DNA of 63,691 nt, counting the filler, from Pelomyxa schiedti (Eukaryota > Protista > Evosea), in assembly GCA_020536535.1 (NCBI GenBank). It is 10 parts of 10 records of this genome, joined end to end, with 100 filler letters (N's around TTAATTAATTAA, not from the genome) between each part and the next. Parts side by side here need not be neighbours in the genome. Positions count along the whole stretch, not along the records: positions 35,772 to 56,968 come from JAHLWZ010001076.1; positions 57,069 to 63,691 come from JAHLWZ010001406.1; 8 more parts are not named here. One strand, 5' to 3'. The translations under genes were made by a program, and so were the position numbers. The notes beneath the pieces are model-generated. The model searched no databases. It was not told where the DNA came from and was given only the letters and a program-made list of their open reading frames with translations. Below are positions 49,844 through 61,905 of the stretch, one piece after another (positions within the stretch are counted from its first letter, which is position 1; every line of letters begins with the position of its first letter).

Positions 49844-51369
49844 GTTTTTTTTTAGCAGCCTATGCCGGGATTTCACTCAAGAAAAACAAAGACTGGTTTT
49901 CCGAAAACGCGCTTTTCGCACTCCCCAGGCTCGCTCTGGATTACATCGTGGATCTTCTAAATCTTCCCGACTGCGCGTCCTTTTCGCAGACGTGCCACGC
50001 GGCCCTGTACCTTTGTGCACCTTCACTTCGAAAAGATGACATGATAGACGGCACCAACGACGGAATTCGCGCCTCGTGCGATGTGGAGCGGACCACGAAA
50101 TGCCGCGCCTTCATGGTGTTTAATCCGTTATGTGGGGTCGATCCTGAGGTCAAGAATAGCATCTGCGCCGACGCCATTGGAGATCTCGTGCGGGCGGCGC
50201 CAAATTTGGAGCACCTGAATCTGCTGGGATATGAGCCGGCGTGCTGGGTTTCGTGGACGGGAACTCACGTCAGCGCGATGTCCGCTTTGCATTTGCTGAA
50301 CGCCCCGAAGCTGAGAATCCTGAAACTTGACTTCGAGCCCGAGGGGGACCACCCGGCCAAACGAGAACTCGCGGCCGTGAAGAAGCTATTTTTGGAGAGA
50401 GGGAGACAGCTTAGTGCGATCAAAATGTATTGTGACGATTCCAGCTTTGCTTTTTCGAAGCCGGCAATCCAAGGTCTGATAGAAGCCGCAACCAAATATG
50501 GTCCTCTCATGAATTTGAAGGCGTTAGACTTTTCTATTTCGGCTTGTGACCTATATTCTCTGGCAAATGCTTGTGGATGTGGCATTGCGGTAGCTCCTCA
50601 TATAAAAACACTTCGGGTGTACAGAAGGGATGAAGAGACTCTCCCGCCACATTGGGCCGCAGTATTGCAAGTTGCTTTCCCATCTCTGACACATATTAAG
50701 TGCTATGGAAAACTGTGGGCTGAAATTGTTATTGATTGTCCTATACTAGAGGACACAGAGAATAGGGTTATGTACGACACAATTCCGATTTTGCTCTCTG
50801 CAACACATCCACTTGGGTTGAAGAAAATTTCCGTTAACAGGAGGAACTGCAAGCCGCGGCTGAAATTTCCTGACATCGCTAATCTTCTTACTCTGTGTCC
50901 ACTCACCACCGAGTTATTTTTTGGCTGTGAATGCCTATCCGTGGATGTGGCACAGGCACTTGCCTCTCTCAGGCACCTCAGGAAGATTTGTTGGGTCTTT
51001 CACTACCCAGATTCTTGCATTAATGGAGTGACTTCCATGGACAGCCTTCCTGAAAAGTCAATCGCAGCTCTGGAACACTCCACCGCAAGAGTTAAACAGT
51101 GGAATTCTGGAACAGGTGTACTCTCCAAACTTCTGCACCTACCTATGTTTTCTGAATTGGAAGAAGTGGACATTGTAATGTGGGGTCAATCGGGCTCAGG
51201 ACAAGCAGCACAAGACGACATCCGATTACTGATGAGGGTGTGTGCCAGCACCATCAAAAAGGTGACACTCCCTGGTGATCTCAGTACCCGTTTGCAGCCT
51301 ATCGTAGAGTCCCTCAGTGCACTGAAAGTAGTGGAGAACACTATGGGCAGTCTCACTATGAGCCTTTAA
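49844..51369 (+). CDS. F-box / leucine-rich-repeat (RNI-like) protein; first exon not identified
   Basis: LFALPRLALDYIVDLLNLPDCASFSQTC (F-box) lies in frame with the 473-aa ORF, which has APNLEHLNL, APKLRILKL and FPSLTHI repeats. Splice acceptor at about 49843. Confidence 0.7.
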
Positions 51370-51459
51370 CTTGTTACGGCAAAGATAAGCCTAAGCGCCA
51401 AAGCTTTTTCCATTTAAAAAACATTTTTTTTTTTTTTTGAAGCATGACAAATACTAAGT

Positions 51460-53353
51460 TCAGTAGAGGTGAGAGCTTGTAGCTGTGCATCCAGGTTCTG
51501 ATGTGAAGGAAGCAGCATTTGTACTGGTACATCCAGGTGCGGTGCTGGTGCATCCTGGTGCTGTGCTTGTACATCCTGGTGCTGAGGTGGGCGCCGACTG
51601 TTTGTGGAAGTATACAATGGCGTGCACCAAAACCTGAGAAGGCGTGAAGCACACTAGCTGATTATGGGTGGGTGTGGAATTCTCGCTGGCAGGAACCCAA
51701 GCTTGGCCTGTAACTCCACTTCCTGAGAAGGGAGCCAAAGGGATGAAGTGGGAATCATAGTTCTTGTAAGCCGAGTTTCCTTGTAGCTTGTGAGACTCCC
51801 AGTCGGTTGGGATGACAGGATAAACGCTCCCACATAGCACCCAGCAGAGTGCTACTGCGTCCTTCCCTTGGCAAGTGACTTCCACGGAATCCGTGAGATG
51901 AACTCCATTTCCAAATCCAATGTCAGAGAATTGTGCTGAGGAAAACCCTTGATTGCAAATAGTTTCCGCTTGTTCACAAGTTAAACCGTACCACATCAGA
52001 GATACCGGCACTGCCTTGGGTTGAGGCTGGTGTACCTGGGACAAAGTGTGAAATACATAACACAGAGAATGAATTTACCGCAACAAGAGACTTGAATCTA
52101 TCCATTATTGCTTTTCTATGTGCCAAGCCGGCTTCTGCTTCCCAAGATGCCTGAAACTCTGGCTTCCCATTCCGTATTTGAAGAAGCTCGAAATGGCTTT
52201 CAAAGGCCTTACGGAGCTGCGGATTTGAAACAAGTTTAATTTTGTCTATTTCATATCTAGTGCTCGTTGAGTGCTAGCTTCAAAAGGCAAAACACACCTC
52301 CCCTTTGATGTTAATTGGAACAAATCCACAATTTTCTTGTGCTCTGCTGGACCAATAGATTTCTCCGTGAGAGGGATTGTTGAATAATTTCCCATGGAAA
52401 ACCAGAAGTCCTTCAACTCATCGCCAAGCAGGTCCACAGCAAATGTCCATGGAAACTCTGTCCACATAGGATACAGTCAGAAAGATTTAATAGCATCAAG
52501 AGGAATGCATACTTTCAGGTACAAAAGTGCAAGTCGGAGGATTTGCCTGTGGTGTTGGGCCGCTGGATTGTTGTGGATTCCCTTGGGATTGCTGCTGTAT
52601 GTGCTGCTGCAATTGAAGAATCTGCTGCTGAGACTGCAATAGCAACTGTTCCAGCTGCCTCTGCCTCTCTCTGTCAGATACCATTAGTCCACATTGACCA
52701 CATAGAGAAAATCCACAGGCGCCACAGCGTGTGAATTGTCCCACAATATCCCTGCAGCATACGTCGCAGAGCGGGGAGAGTGCACCCCCGGGTGTTGGGG
52801 AAATTAAGGACGAGGTAAGAGCCGTCCCACAAGTACACTTGTTGGGAGTCAGGCCCGCAAGGGGAACCATTCTCGGCGGCGGGCGGCTATCAACGACCAC
52901 GGCAGGAGTCGGAGTCGGAGTCGGAGTCGGCGTAGGCGTAGGCGTAGGCGGCGAGGCAGGCGGCATAGACGCCGGGCCACTAGCGCTCAATGGAGGAGTC
53001 GACTCAGACGGAGGGAACTGAGGAGGGGGCTGATAAGACATGGAGGGGTCCCACCCCGGCCACGCGCCCCAGGGGGGCGGAGGGCCCGGGGGGCCGCCCC
53101 AGGGCGGATGGTGTGGGTGGGGCCCGTGGTGCGGGGGCGGGCCGCCGGGCCAGCCAGGGGGAGGGTGGCCGTGGTGGGGAGGCGGGCCGTGGTGCGGCCC
53201 GCAGTGGGGGTCGCCCCACGGCGGGGGGGGAGGCGGGCCGCCGGGCCAGGGCGGGCAGCCTGGGGGAGGCCCGTGGTGGCCGTGGTGGGGAGGCGGTCCC
53301 CCGCCGTGCCATGGTGGCCCGTGGTGATGCCCTCTCATGTCGTGGCTACACAA
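51460..53353 (-). CDS. PARP-like ADP-ribosyltransferase-fold protein with H/P/G/W-rich N-terminus and ZZ-like zinc finger
   Basis: LMWYG...ICNQGF...GFGNGVHLT...LCWVLCG...YDSH...NQLVCF..SQV follows the PARP catalytic core; CDVC..RCGACGFSLCGQC zinc finger. Confidence 0.75.
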
Positions 53354-53649
53354 TGTAGGTTAGGAAATAATTTGGGTTTCTGGTTGTGAGGTTTGCCTTG
53401 TGCCTCCTTTGTCACAAGTTCTCCACGATCAGTTCTTACACCCTGGGCACATCCAAGGTAGATGTCAGAGTCGGCAAACCCCCAAACCCTTCCCTTAGAC
53501 TGTTTCTTGTGCTTCGAATTATTGTGCCTGTTGCAGGGACAAAATTCTGGCTGTGATAGTGGTCCTCTAGGAATTGTGTCAGCACTTCCCTGCGTTGTTG
53601 CCAAGTAACTGTTGATCTAGAGAAACCCAAAAAGAAATAACAAAAGACC

Positions 53650-55507
53650 ATGGAGCACTGGTCGGTGTCGCAGTACCTTCAAAGAGGCCAACAACTTCTT
53701 TCTCAAGTGCGCTTCACGTTTCGCCCTTCATTTTGAGGTTCGCACTCATTTCGGCTTGTGCTGTCGAAACAGGGACAAGAGACTTAAGAACGATGCTGCC
53801 GTGTGTCAAAGAGGGTGGAGGATATGTTTGCCCAGGTTTACAGTCTCTCGCGCCTGGTTAATCACCAAGTACGCAGCCTGTGTACACTTTCAGAGTGGTT
53901 GTCAATCAGAGATGGCGTTCTCAAGACCCACGTTCTAAATGTGAAGCCCGAACTTTCTCTCTTACTTGCGTGATGTCCTAACTTCATTGTATGTGTAAAG
54001 ATGGAAGCCTTACTGGCAACTTCATTGTCTGGAATTGATTCGGCTCTAGTTCCCCTGAAAGAAAAAGTTCTGGTAGTTCCTTTACTGACATCAATTTCGT
54101 TTTAACTCTGTCAAAGGACAGAAGCTTGAAAGCAACATGCTCCCGCAATCCTGAGACACTTTTTGACTTTGTTGATTCTGATCACGTAAATGAACTGAAG
54201 CAAAAGGCACAAGACTCTTGTCAAGCAATCAAGGTTAGAACTCGTCTACTTGATTTTGTGCAAACAGAACATTAGGCATCCACAAATTCTTCCCAAATCG
54301 AGAAAGAATTTATGAACTCCAAGATATGTGTATTATCCCAGAAATACAAAGAATGCCACATTGATGAGTCTGCAATATCTCTTGCACGGTAAGAAATTCC
54401 CTCACTCATAAATTTGCTTATCAAGGCAAGAGAAAAGATTACTACTCAAGCCACAGAACTATCTATATTAAAAGATCTGTTCATATCCCTAGCAACAATC
54501 TACGATCAAGTGACCAAGTACATAAATTGTTTAATACAGTCTCCCCTTTAACACATGCCAGCTTGGTGATTGCCAGTTCTTCTAAAGGTCTGAGCATTTC
54601 TCGCCAAAACTCATTGAGCACTCAATCTTCTAGGTTTTATGGAATTGCTGGAAGCAATGACAACCTCAGAAAGTAAAATTGAATTGGCAGCATCTGAAGT
54701 TGACTCCCTACAAATAAAAGCTGACGATGCCTTCAAGTAAGGCGGCTGAGTGGCCTCCACCCTCATCTCGTGTAGGAAATTTGTCGATATTCTGTCAATG
54801 TTAGAAGAAATGAACATGGAAATACAGATTAAACTGAAAGTGTTAGATGATCTTGATGTACAATGCTTAGGCATGCTTTTTTTTTAACTGAAGAAATAGA
54901 TTCAACTAAAAATCCACACGGATAATGCACAGCAAAATTTTGAATGCCTCAATCAACTTGAATTTTCGTACCTTCCCATCTTCCATGGTTTTTCCATTTC
55001 CACATTTCTTTTATTTTTCCACTGCTGGGGGAAAAAACCATTAACGACCTATTAGTTACAAGGAGTACCTGAAATCTTACCTTGCCTTAATTGAAGAAAT
55101 AAGGAGACGCCATAATGAGCATGCCAGACACCAAGCAATAGCTGACCATTGTTCTGAGGTAAAAACTAACAAAAAAACCCCCTTGTCGATACATCTAACA
55201 TAGTCAAGAAACTCAACGCCTTATTTTCTGTGGAGGTTCAACTCAGAAAACTATTCGAGGAGAAGCACGGCGGCTTCCTGCCATCTACAATATGCCCTGC
55301 TATCACTGTACTTTCTCCTGACAAACGCCTCGAATTAAACTTGGAATTTAGGAAGAGCCGACCCACTATCTAATTTTACCCAAGACTTTTACTACCAATC
55401 TGCCAATGGTCGAGGCCCCAGTAGTGGTGGCAACATCACAACAACCACCCACAACCCCAAACACCACTCAGACTCAGACTCCTCAAATAACTGCTGAGAC
55501 GTCATGA
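53650..55507 (+). CDS. ATG17: Autophagy scaffold Atg17-like protein; multi-exon
   Basis: ETLFDFVDSDHVNELK and SYLALIEEIRRR...KLNALFSVEVQLRKLFEEKHGGFLPSTICP match conserved Atg17-family segments. Confidence 0.72.
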
Positions 55508-55834
55508 CGACCACAAAAAACGCCGCCACTAAACTGTATAAGTTGCATGGTTCTTGTCCAACCGGATCTAAAAGAGGAACAAAAAATTGTTTTTTCACCA
55601 ATTTCCGGAATTCTAAAGAAAAGAAAAGAAATGGTCACTGAGTGCACCATGGTGGTGAAGTGAGTGAGGGAAGAATCACAAACAGCCTGGCATTCATTAG
55701 GAATTGTACCCCTATGATTTCTGTGATGTGTATTACAGAATACTTGAACCATTAGAAGCAATCCAGCCGAATGACAGCCAAGCATCGCCACTAGAGAAGT
55801 GATATTCCACAAGAAAGATTGCCAACTTTACTTA

Positions 55835-56955
55835 GTTGCCATCTTGTCAAGAGAGGGAATTGTACACAGAGATAATCTTATGAAGTTGAGGGTGGTCAGC
55901 CCGAGGTTGATGATATGGCCTCTTTGCGTGGCGCTGGTGCTTGTGTGGCCAGACCTCACACTTGAGGCCAACCCAGTTCTTGTAAAATTGATGACACCTC
56001 TTGCACCAATTCCTTGAAAGCCAGAAGAAGCCAATATGCTTCCACTGTGTGTGAAAAAGAGTTAGTCGTGGAGGAAATGAGGAAGTTCAGAGACCTTGGT
56101 TGCATCATCCGCTCCAAGATTTCAACTGCAAGATGAAATTTGTTCTGAACTTCCTTCCCCCATTCCTTGCTTGTGTTCAGCAAAGCAGACTTGTCGACCC
56201 ACAGGTTTTTGGCACATTCAGAAGCAACCACAGAGAATTCGAGCTGCCAACGTGATACCTGTTTGCACTCGTTGGAAAGGATCCTACATATATGGTATAC
56301 GTAATAGGTATTTACCAAAATTTTGAAGTCTGTTGTATTCTTCCAAGATTTCGAACATCAAGATACTCCAGCACGCCAGTAATTTCAACGTTATACCGAA
56401 CCATCAGACCGAGTCAATCCTTTGCTGTGTATTTTTCGCCTTGAGTTAATGCATTATATGTTGATTGAAAGTGGAGATGAAGCAAAGAGAGAAGAAATAG
56501 AAATACGGTATCTAAGTGGTGTCTTTGGCAAACGGAATTGAACCTTGCAACTCCCAGTGCTCCTCTATGTCAGGCAATGTGGCTCTAACATGCTCTTCCC
56601 AGGTTCCTGAGGGTGAATTAAAGAAAAAAACCCATGAAAAGTTGTGCGGAATAAACCATCCAGAAAAATCTCAAGGGAAAACATGGAGTCCCCTCTGGCC
56701 CATAACTGGCAGAACTCAGGAGGAAACACACCACCATGCCGTGCCATTTCTTCCACCAAATCCCTTTGTCCAGTCGCAACTGCAACAACAATCGGAGTCA
56801 AGACTCTCTTGGGAAGCTCAAGGTTGTACCTCAGGATGCGGGGAAGGTTTCCCGCAACATTGGGATCAGCACCAAGTGAAAGAAGCCTCATTGCCAACAC
56901 TTCTTTTTTTCCCCGAACAGTTGTGTGAATTTTACCGGATGAGCGCAGGTTGACA
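55835..56955 (-). CDS. Inverted paralog of 35783-36975 (ankyrin-like, partial, likely degenerate)
   Basis: MLAMRLLSLGADPNVAGNLP...LTPIVVAV and downstream exons are colinear with the + copy. Confidence 0.55.
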
Positions 56956-57068
56956 GCCGATCCAGCTGNNNNNNNNNNNNNNNNNNNNNNNNNNNNNNNN
57001 NNNNNNNNNNNNTTAATTAATTAANNNNNNNNNNNNNNNNNNNNNNNNNNNNNNNNNNNNNNNNNNNN

Positions 57069-57390
57069 ACTCACATTGTGTGACCAGCTCTTGCCGGTGG
57101 TGGTTTCCCTGTTAAATCTGGCTGGGACCATTTTTTCGCCTCCAAGTCGAAGGCAAACCTGCATGCAAAAAAACAAAGGACTATTACGAGGGGAAAAAAA
57201 AAGTGCGGGACAGGCAGTGGCCATACAAGTCATTCATTGGATCTCCGTTCCAACCACCGAACACAAACATCGTGTTGGGTGATACGCAGGAGGAAGCCAA
57301 GGCAGCACTGTGAGCACATCTCGGCAGTCCCGGAACTACGACACCAGTCTCGCTCCTCCAGTGATGATTTTCTTCAACGATAGGCTGCAT
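57069..57390 (-). CDS. Kelch-repeat protein, 5' fragment
   Basis: PRCAHSA...MFVFGGWNGDPMNDLY| then FDLEAKKWSQ...GKPPPARAGHT; cut by the linker. Confidence 0.75.
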
Positions 57391-57557
57391 TTTTTTTTTT
57401 TCTGGCTTGTTTTTGCTTTCCCATTTTCTGTCGCACGCCGACAATTTGCTCCTACAAAAGGGTACCTATGTGCTGTTCTCATGTTGAGTGAGTTAGGGGA
57501 GTTGGTTTTTTTCTGATCGGGAAAAAATAAAGCTCTCGTTACCATTCCACTATTATC

Positions 57558-60500
57558 ATGAAAGGAAACCACCCCACCAAGGCAACACAAAGCAGGACTA
57601 GTCATGTGCCCCCCTCACCTGTGTCACCGCCAGTCACATCGACATCAACTACATCAAACCCAAAAAACTACAGGAAAAATGTGAGTTGCCGCAATAAGAC
57701 CATTCACAACAATGGGGGAGGTGACAATCCTGCAACAAACAAGCCAGCAGTACAAACACAACATAATCTTTCTACAAGAAAAACCCAAAGACAAGAAGGA
57801 GGTGGCAGCTCAGCAAAACCAATAAACACATTGTCAGTGGCAAATACTCATTTAAGAATAGCCCCTTCTCACGACAATGGCAAGAAAGCATCACCCCCCA
57901 GCAGAAAGAAATCACGTGTTTCTGTGGGATCCCCCCCTGTGAGGACAGAATATCTCACTGAAGAACAGAATAGAACTATAATGGACACATGGAACACCAT
58001 TACTAGGCTTCATTCAGGGGATGCATCACTGGGAACAATGCAAGTCTTGTGTGAAGTGACCCGCAAGCTGGGATCCACCTACTATGATGACATACACCCC
58101 TTTCTGTTGGGACTTGATGAGAGGAGTCAACAAAACCCACAAAGCTTTGAGCGAGTACTGAAGTTATTTGCCCTTCATAAGGTTCCACCCTCTTTGTACC
58201 CTATTTAACAACACTCAAAAAATAAATCTCTGAAGATGGAGGAGGCTCTAGAGGGCAATTTGGACACTACATACTTTGTGCAAAGCTTACCACTTCAAAC
58301 TCTTGTGCGTTTGCTCAAAGCTCTAGATACCTGTGATGGGAAAAGTGCTTATGCCATCACCTTGGCTGCATATAAAGTTAATTCCCATATTCTGATTGTC
58401 ACAAACAAACCACTAAAAGGTTCAGTTGTTTTTCAGTCAAAGTATTGATCTGAACTTTCTGGGCAGAAAGGAGCCGAGTATACTCCTTCCTTTTGTGCAA
58501 CAACTATTAAACTCAGAGACCCCCCAACAAGTTGCTGGGCAACTTGTTAAATTCAAGGTGAGACTTCATAAAAAACTGTTTCTTGGTTGACACCAAAAAC
58601 GAGGTGGATTTGTGTCTTGAACCCAAATTTTTGGCTCCAAATCTTCTTGAGAGTGAGGCAGAAAATTTACATTCTCTTTTTGTTTTTATGCAACTTCTTC
58701 TGGCGTCGCCAACTCCACATGAGTTAACTAAGGTTCTTGCAATTAATAAGGTCACAGAGTATTCTCTTATTTCACTTCTCATCCGTTTTTTCATAGATAC
58801 AAGCTTTGAAACGTGGTGACTTAGAAGTCACTGTAAGACAATTTTGGGGCCTCCATTTAGACGTGGATACCCTTGTCTCTTTTGTCGAAATTCTGCTCAC
58901 ATCACGTTCATCTACCGAATTTGTTGACCATCTCTTCAATGCAGAGGTTCTTTTCATTTGTAAATTAGTACTTGTTTATCCAGTAATAGCAAGACCGCTT
59001 ATGCACTCTCATTGGGAATGAAAACTCTTCAGACAAAAGGTTCCTTGAAACTCAAGTTTTGGACTTGAGGGCATCTGAAGAACTTCTGAAGAAGTTTATA
59101 CGGATAAAATCTTGTTCTGGCCTCCTTTCAATAATCAAACCTCAAGGTGCGCACTGTCTGCTTTCTGTTTTGAAAACAAAAAAAAAAAGATGTGACAGAA
59201 CAAACCCTTGAAGCCTTGATACAACCTTTTGACAAAGTCCCCACATTGTCTGAAGTTAAAACCTATGTTTTGGAGACTAAATTGACTGCAAAAATACCCG
59301 TTTCACATGACAACCACCAATTGGCGTGCGATCACCCAGACATTTTTGTCTATGACCCACTAAGGTGCTGTGAGGGTCTTGCTCTCCTTCTTCTTGGAGT
59401 ACAACACGCAAGAAAAAGCATCCAAAATAAGTATAAGCCATCTGAAAGTAGCCTTGGCTGCTGGGTTGAGACGCACTTTGGAGAAATATTTCATGTGTGG
59501 TGGAACTATGACCATGAGATCAATAAAAGAACTTCTGCACCCAGGAGAGATCAACACCCAAAATCTGGTATCGCTGGCATCAAACGTCCAGACTGGTTTT
59601 TTTCCTTGGATGGCCATGTCATGATAAGAGGTGTGTGCTTGTCATAACAAGGTTTAACCAACAAAAAAAATCAAAGGTGAAGAAAAATGTGGTGTCATAA
59701 AGTAAGTAAACCAAAAGAAGAACTAAGTGAAAAGACATCGGCGGATGCCTGGTTTCTATCATCTGTACAGTATCTTATAACATATGTGTCTGTTGGTCAG
59801 CATTTTCAACCTTGTGTGACTTACCAAGAGGAGACAGGCGAGTACCACACAGACCCCTTGGGTTCCCATCTTGACATACAGTGTGAGGAAGTGTGTTTTT
59901 TCCTACTTTTTTTTTTTTACAAATTATGTAGGATAAGGTGAAGATTTTTGTTTTTTCGGTGAATGTGTGCCGATTGATCAAAACATTTGATGTGTTTCAT
60001 AGGGTAACAAACACAAAACAAATGAAGGGGGTAGATTTCAATCATCTTCTTAGATCCCTTTGCTCCAACCGATTGAACTAAAGAATTCCCCAAATTGTGT
60101 GGTTACATTGACTGTAGATGGGCAGATACAAAAAACAATCAACACTGCTTGGTATAGCTCTCTTTTTATTAGTGGGACAGACTAATTTATTTTTCTTTCC
60201 TCTTTACAAGTGGTACGTTCTCTGTTGAAACCTTCTACTCAATATATGAGAAAGTGATGAATATTGAGGCAAACTTACAGCCCTTTATAATACATGCAGT
60301 TGAGTACCCAAGCAAACCTACAAGCACGAAACCAAAGGGTGCTTCTACAACAGTTGGAAGTGCTGCTGCCCCTGATGATGATTTTGTATGCCCAGAGTGG
60401 GTGACAGTCACTCTTGCTCCAGTTGGGGATCAGAGATATGCAACCAATGAGCTGGAACTTTTTGTGGCTGCTGTGAGCACCTTGTTCGCCCTTGCAGGAC

Positions 60501-61258
60501 TCCATGAACTTGGAATAGCCCACCGGGATGTGCGGTGGGCAAATGTTGTCTTTAACCCCCTAACAAATGCATGGCTACTCATTGATTTGGAGTTTGCAGC
60601 TGATTTTGGCACGCCTTACCCTCACGGCGTGGTTCTCAGTGAAGATCCTGTTGATGAGACGTGCAGTGCCAAGTCTGATGTGTTCATGGTTGGAACAATG
60701 CTGCTGAAGACCCCTTTCTGCCAAGACCACCCAGAAATGTTTCCCCGAATTTCAACGTGGGCCAGGCACCTCACAGAGAAAGACCTGGACAAGCGACCAG
60801 CGACAGAAAGAGCTCTTCAGGTCATCCTGGAGAACCCACCACCAAGTGCCAACAAGGAGTCCGTTCTTGATGAGAGACCCGTTTTGGCTGCTCTTCTCGA
60901 CTTTGATCCTGACAACGGTATCTTCTGCCTGAAGAGAAACCCAGAAGGAAATGACTACAATGGCGATGCCTCTGTGAACAGCATGCCTGAGGATGAAGAA
61001 GCCAGTGATGCAGGTGAAATCAGGAGTACAACTGATGATGTGGAAGAGGAAGCAGTTGAAAAAGGAAAAGATGAGGAAGCTGAGGAGAAAGTTTTATCAG
61101 CACCAAGAAAGGGTAACAAAAATCATACTGGCAAGCAAGCTCCCATATCCCCCTTGAAGAAGAAGAAATCTAGTTCCTCTTCTTCCTCTTCCTCTTGTTC
61201 CTCCCCCTTGTCTTCAGCATCCTCATTCAGACCCAAGAAGAGCAAGAAGGGGACTTGA
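57558..61258 (+). CDS. Crinkler-like protein: helical N-region + PD-(D/E)xK REase-like domain + kinase domain
   Basis: KRPDWFF...MIRG|EEK...PKEELSEK (REase-like); LAGLHELGIAHRDVRWANVV...LLIDLEFA...SDVFMVG (kinase). Apparent 1-nt frameshift at about 59687. Confidence 0.7.
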
Positions 61259-61905
61259 AAACAAAAACAAACCCGAAAAAATAGGAAATTTCCTCTTTCA
61301 TTTCATTGCCGTGTTGTATTGAGAAGGCCTCGGTCCTATGACTTGAAATTAGGAACAGAGACTGTACGTGGTAGTTTTGGTCCCAACAGGCTGTGATCGC
61401 CCACATAGCCTGGACTTCCACGTGCCGGCCTGGGAGGGAAGTAAGGATTGCAGATATGTGCCAAAGTCTATTCGATAGTGAGTTCGTTTTACAAAGAGAA
61501 ATAGGTTTGACCTTGGTTGCTTTGATCGACACTGTGATTTCAGATCACACCCAGAGGGTTCCATGCTGTTCCCAAAGGGTGGCCTCAAACACTAGCCAAG
61601 TGGAGAAAGTGGAGGTAAAATCACAACGGGGTCGATGTGGGAGCTCCAATAAATGGATACACAGTGGTACCTGTTCCAGCCCCCATGTACTTTCTGACTG
61701 CAAACATTTTTTTCTTTTGCCTGAAGTCGACCACCAACTTCAGGTCAGGGGAGAGGTGTAGGTTGGGAATGGAAGTGAGAGCGAGAGAGTGAGTGAGAGA
61801 GCGAGAGAACGAGAGTGATAGCGAGAGCAAGGGGTGTTAGTGCCGAGGTGGAGGCGGAAGTAAAGCCTGACATTGCACTCTGTTCGTCAGCCTCTTGAAT
61901 GTGTG

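Noticed and set aside
52990-53389. Several GC-rich ORFs on the plus strand
   Set aside because: Shadow frames of the H/P/G-rich exon of the PARP-like gene.
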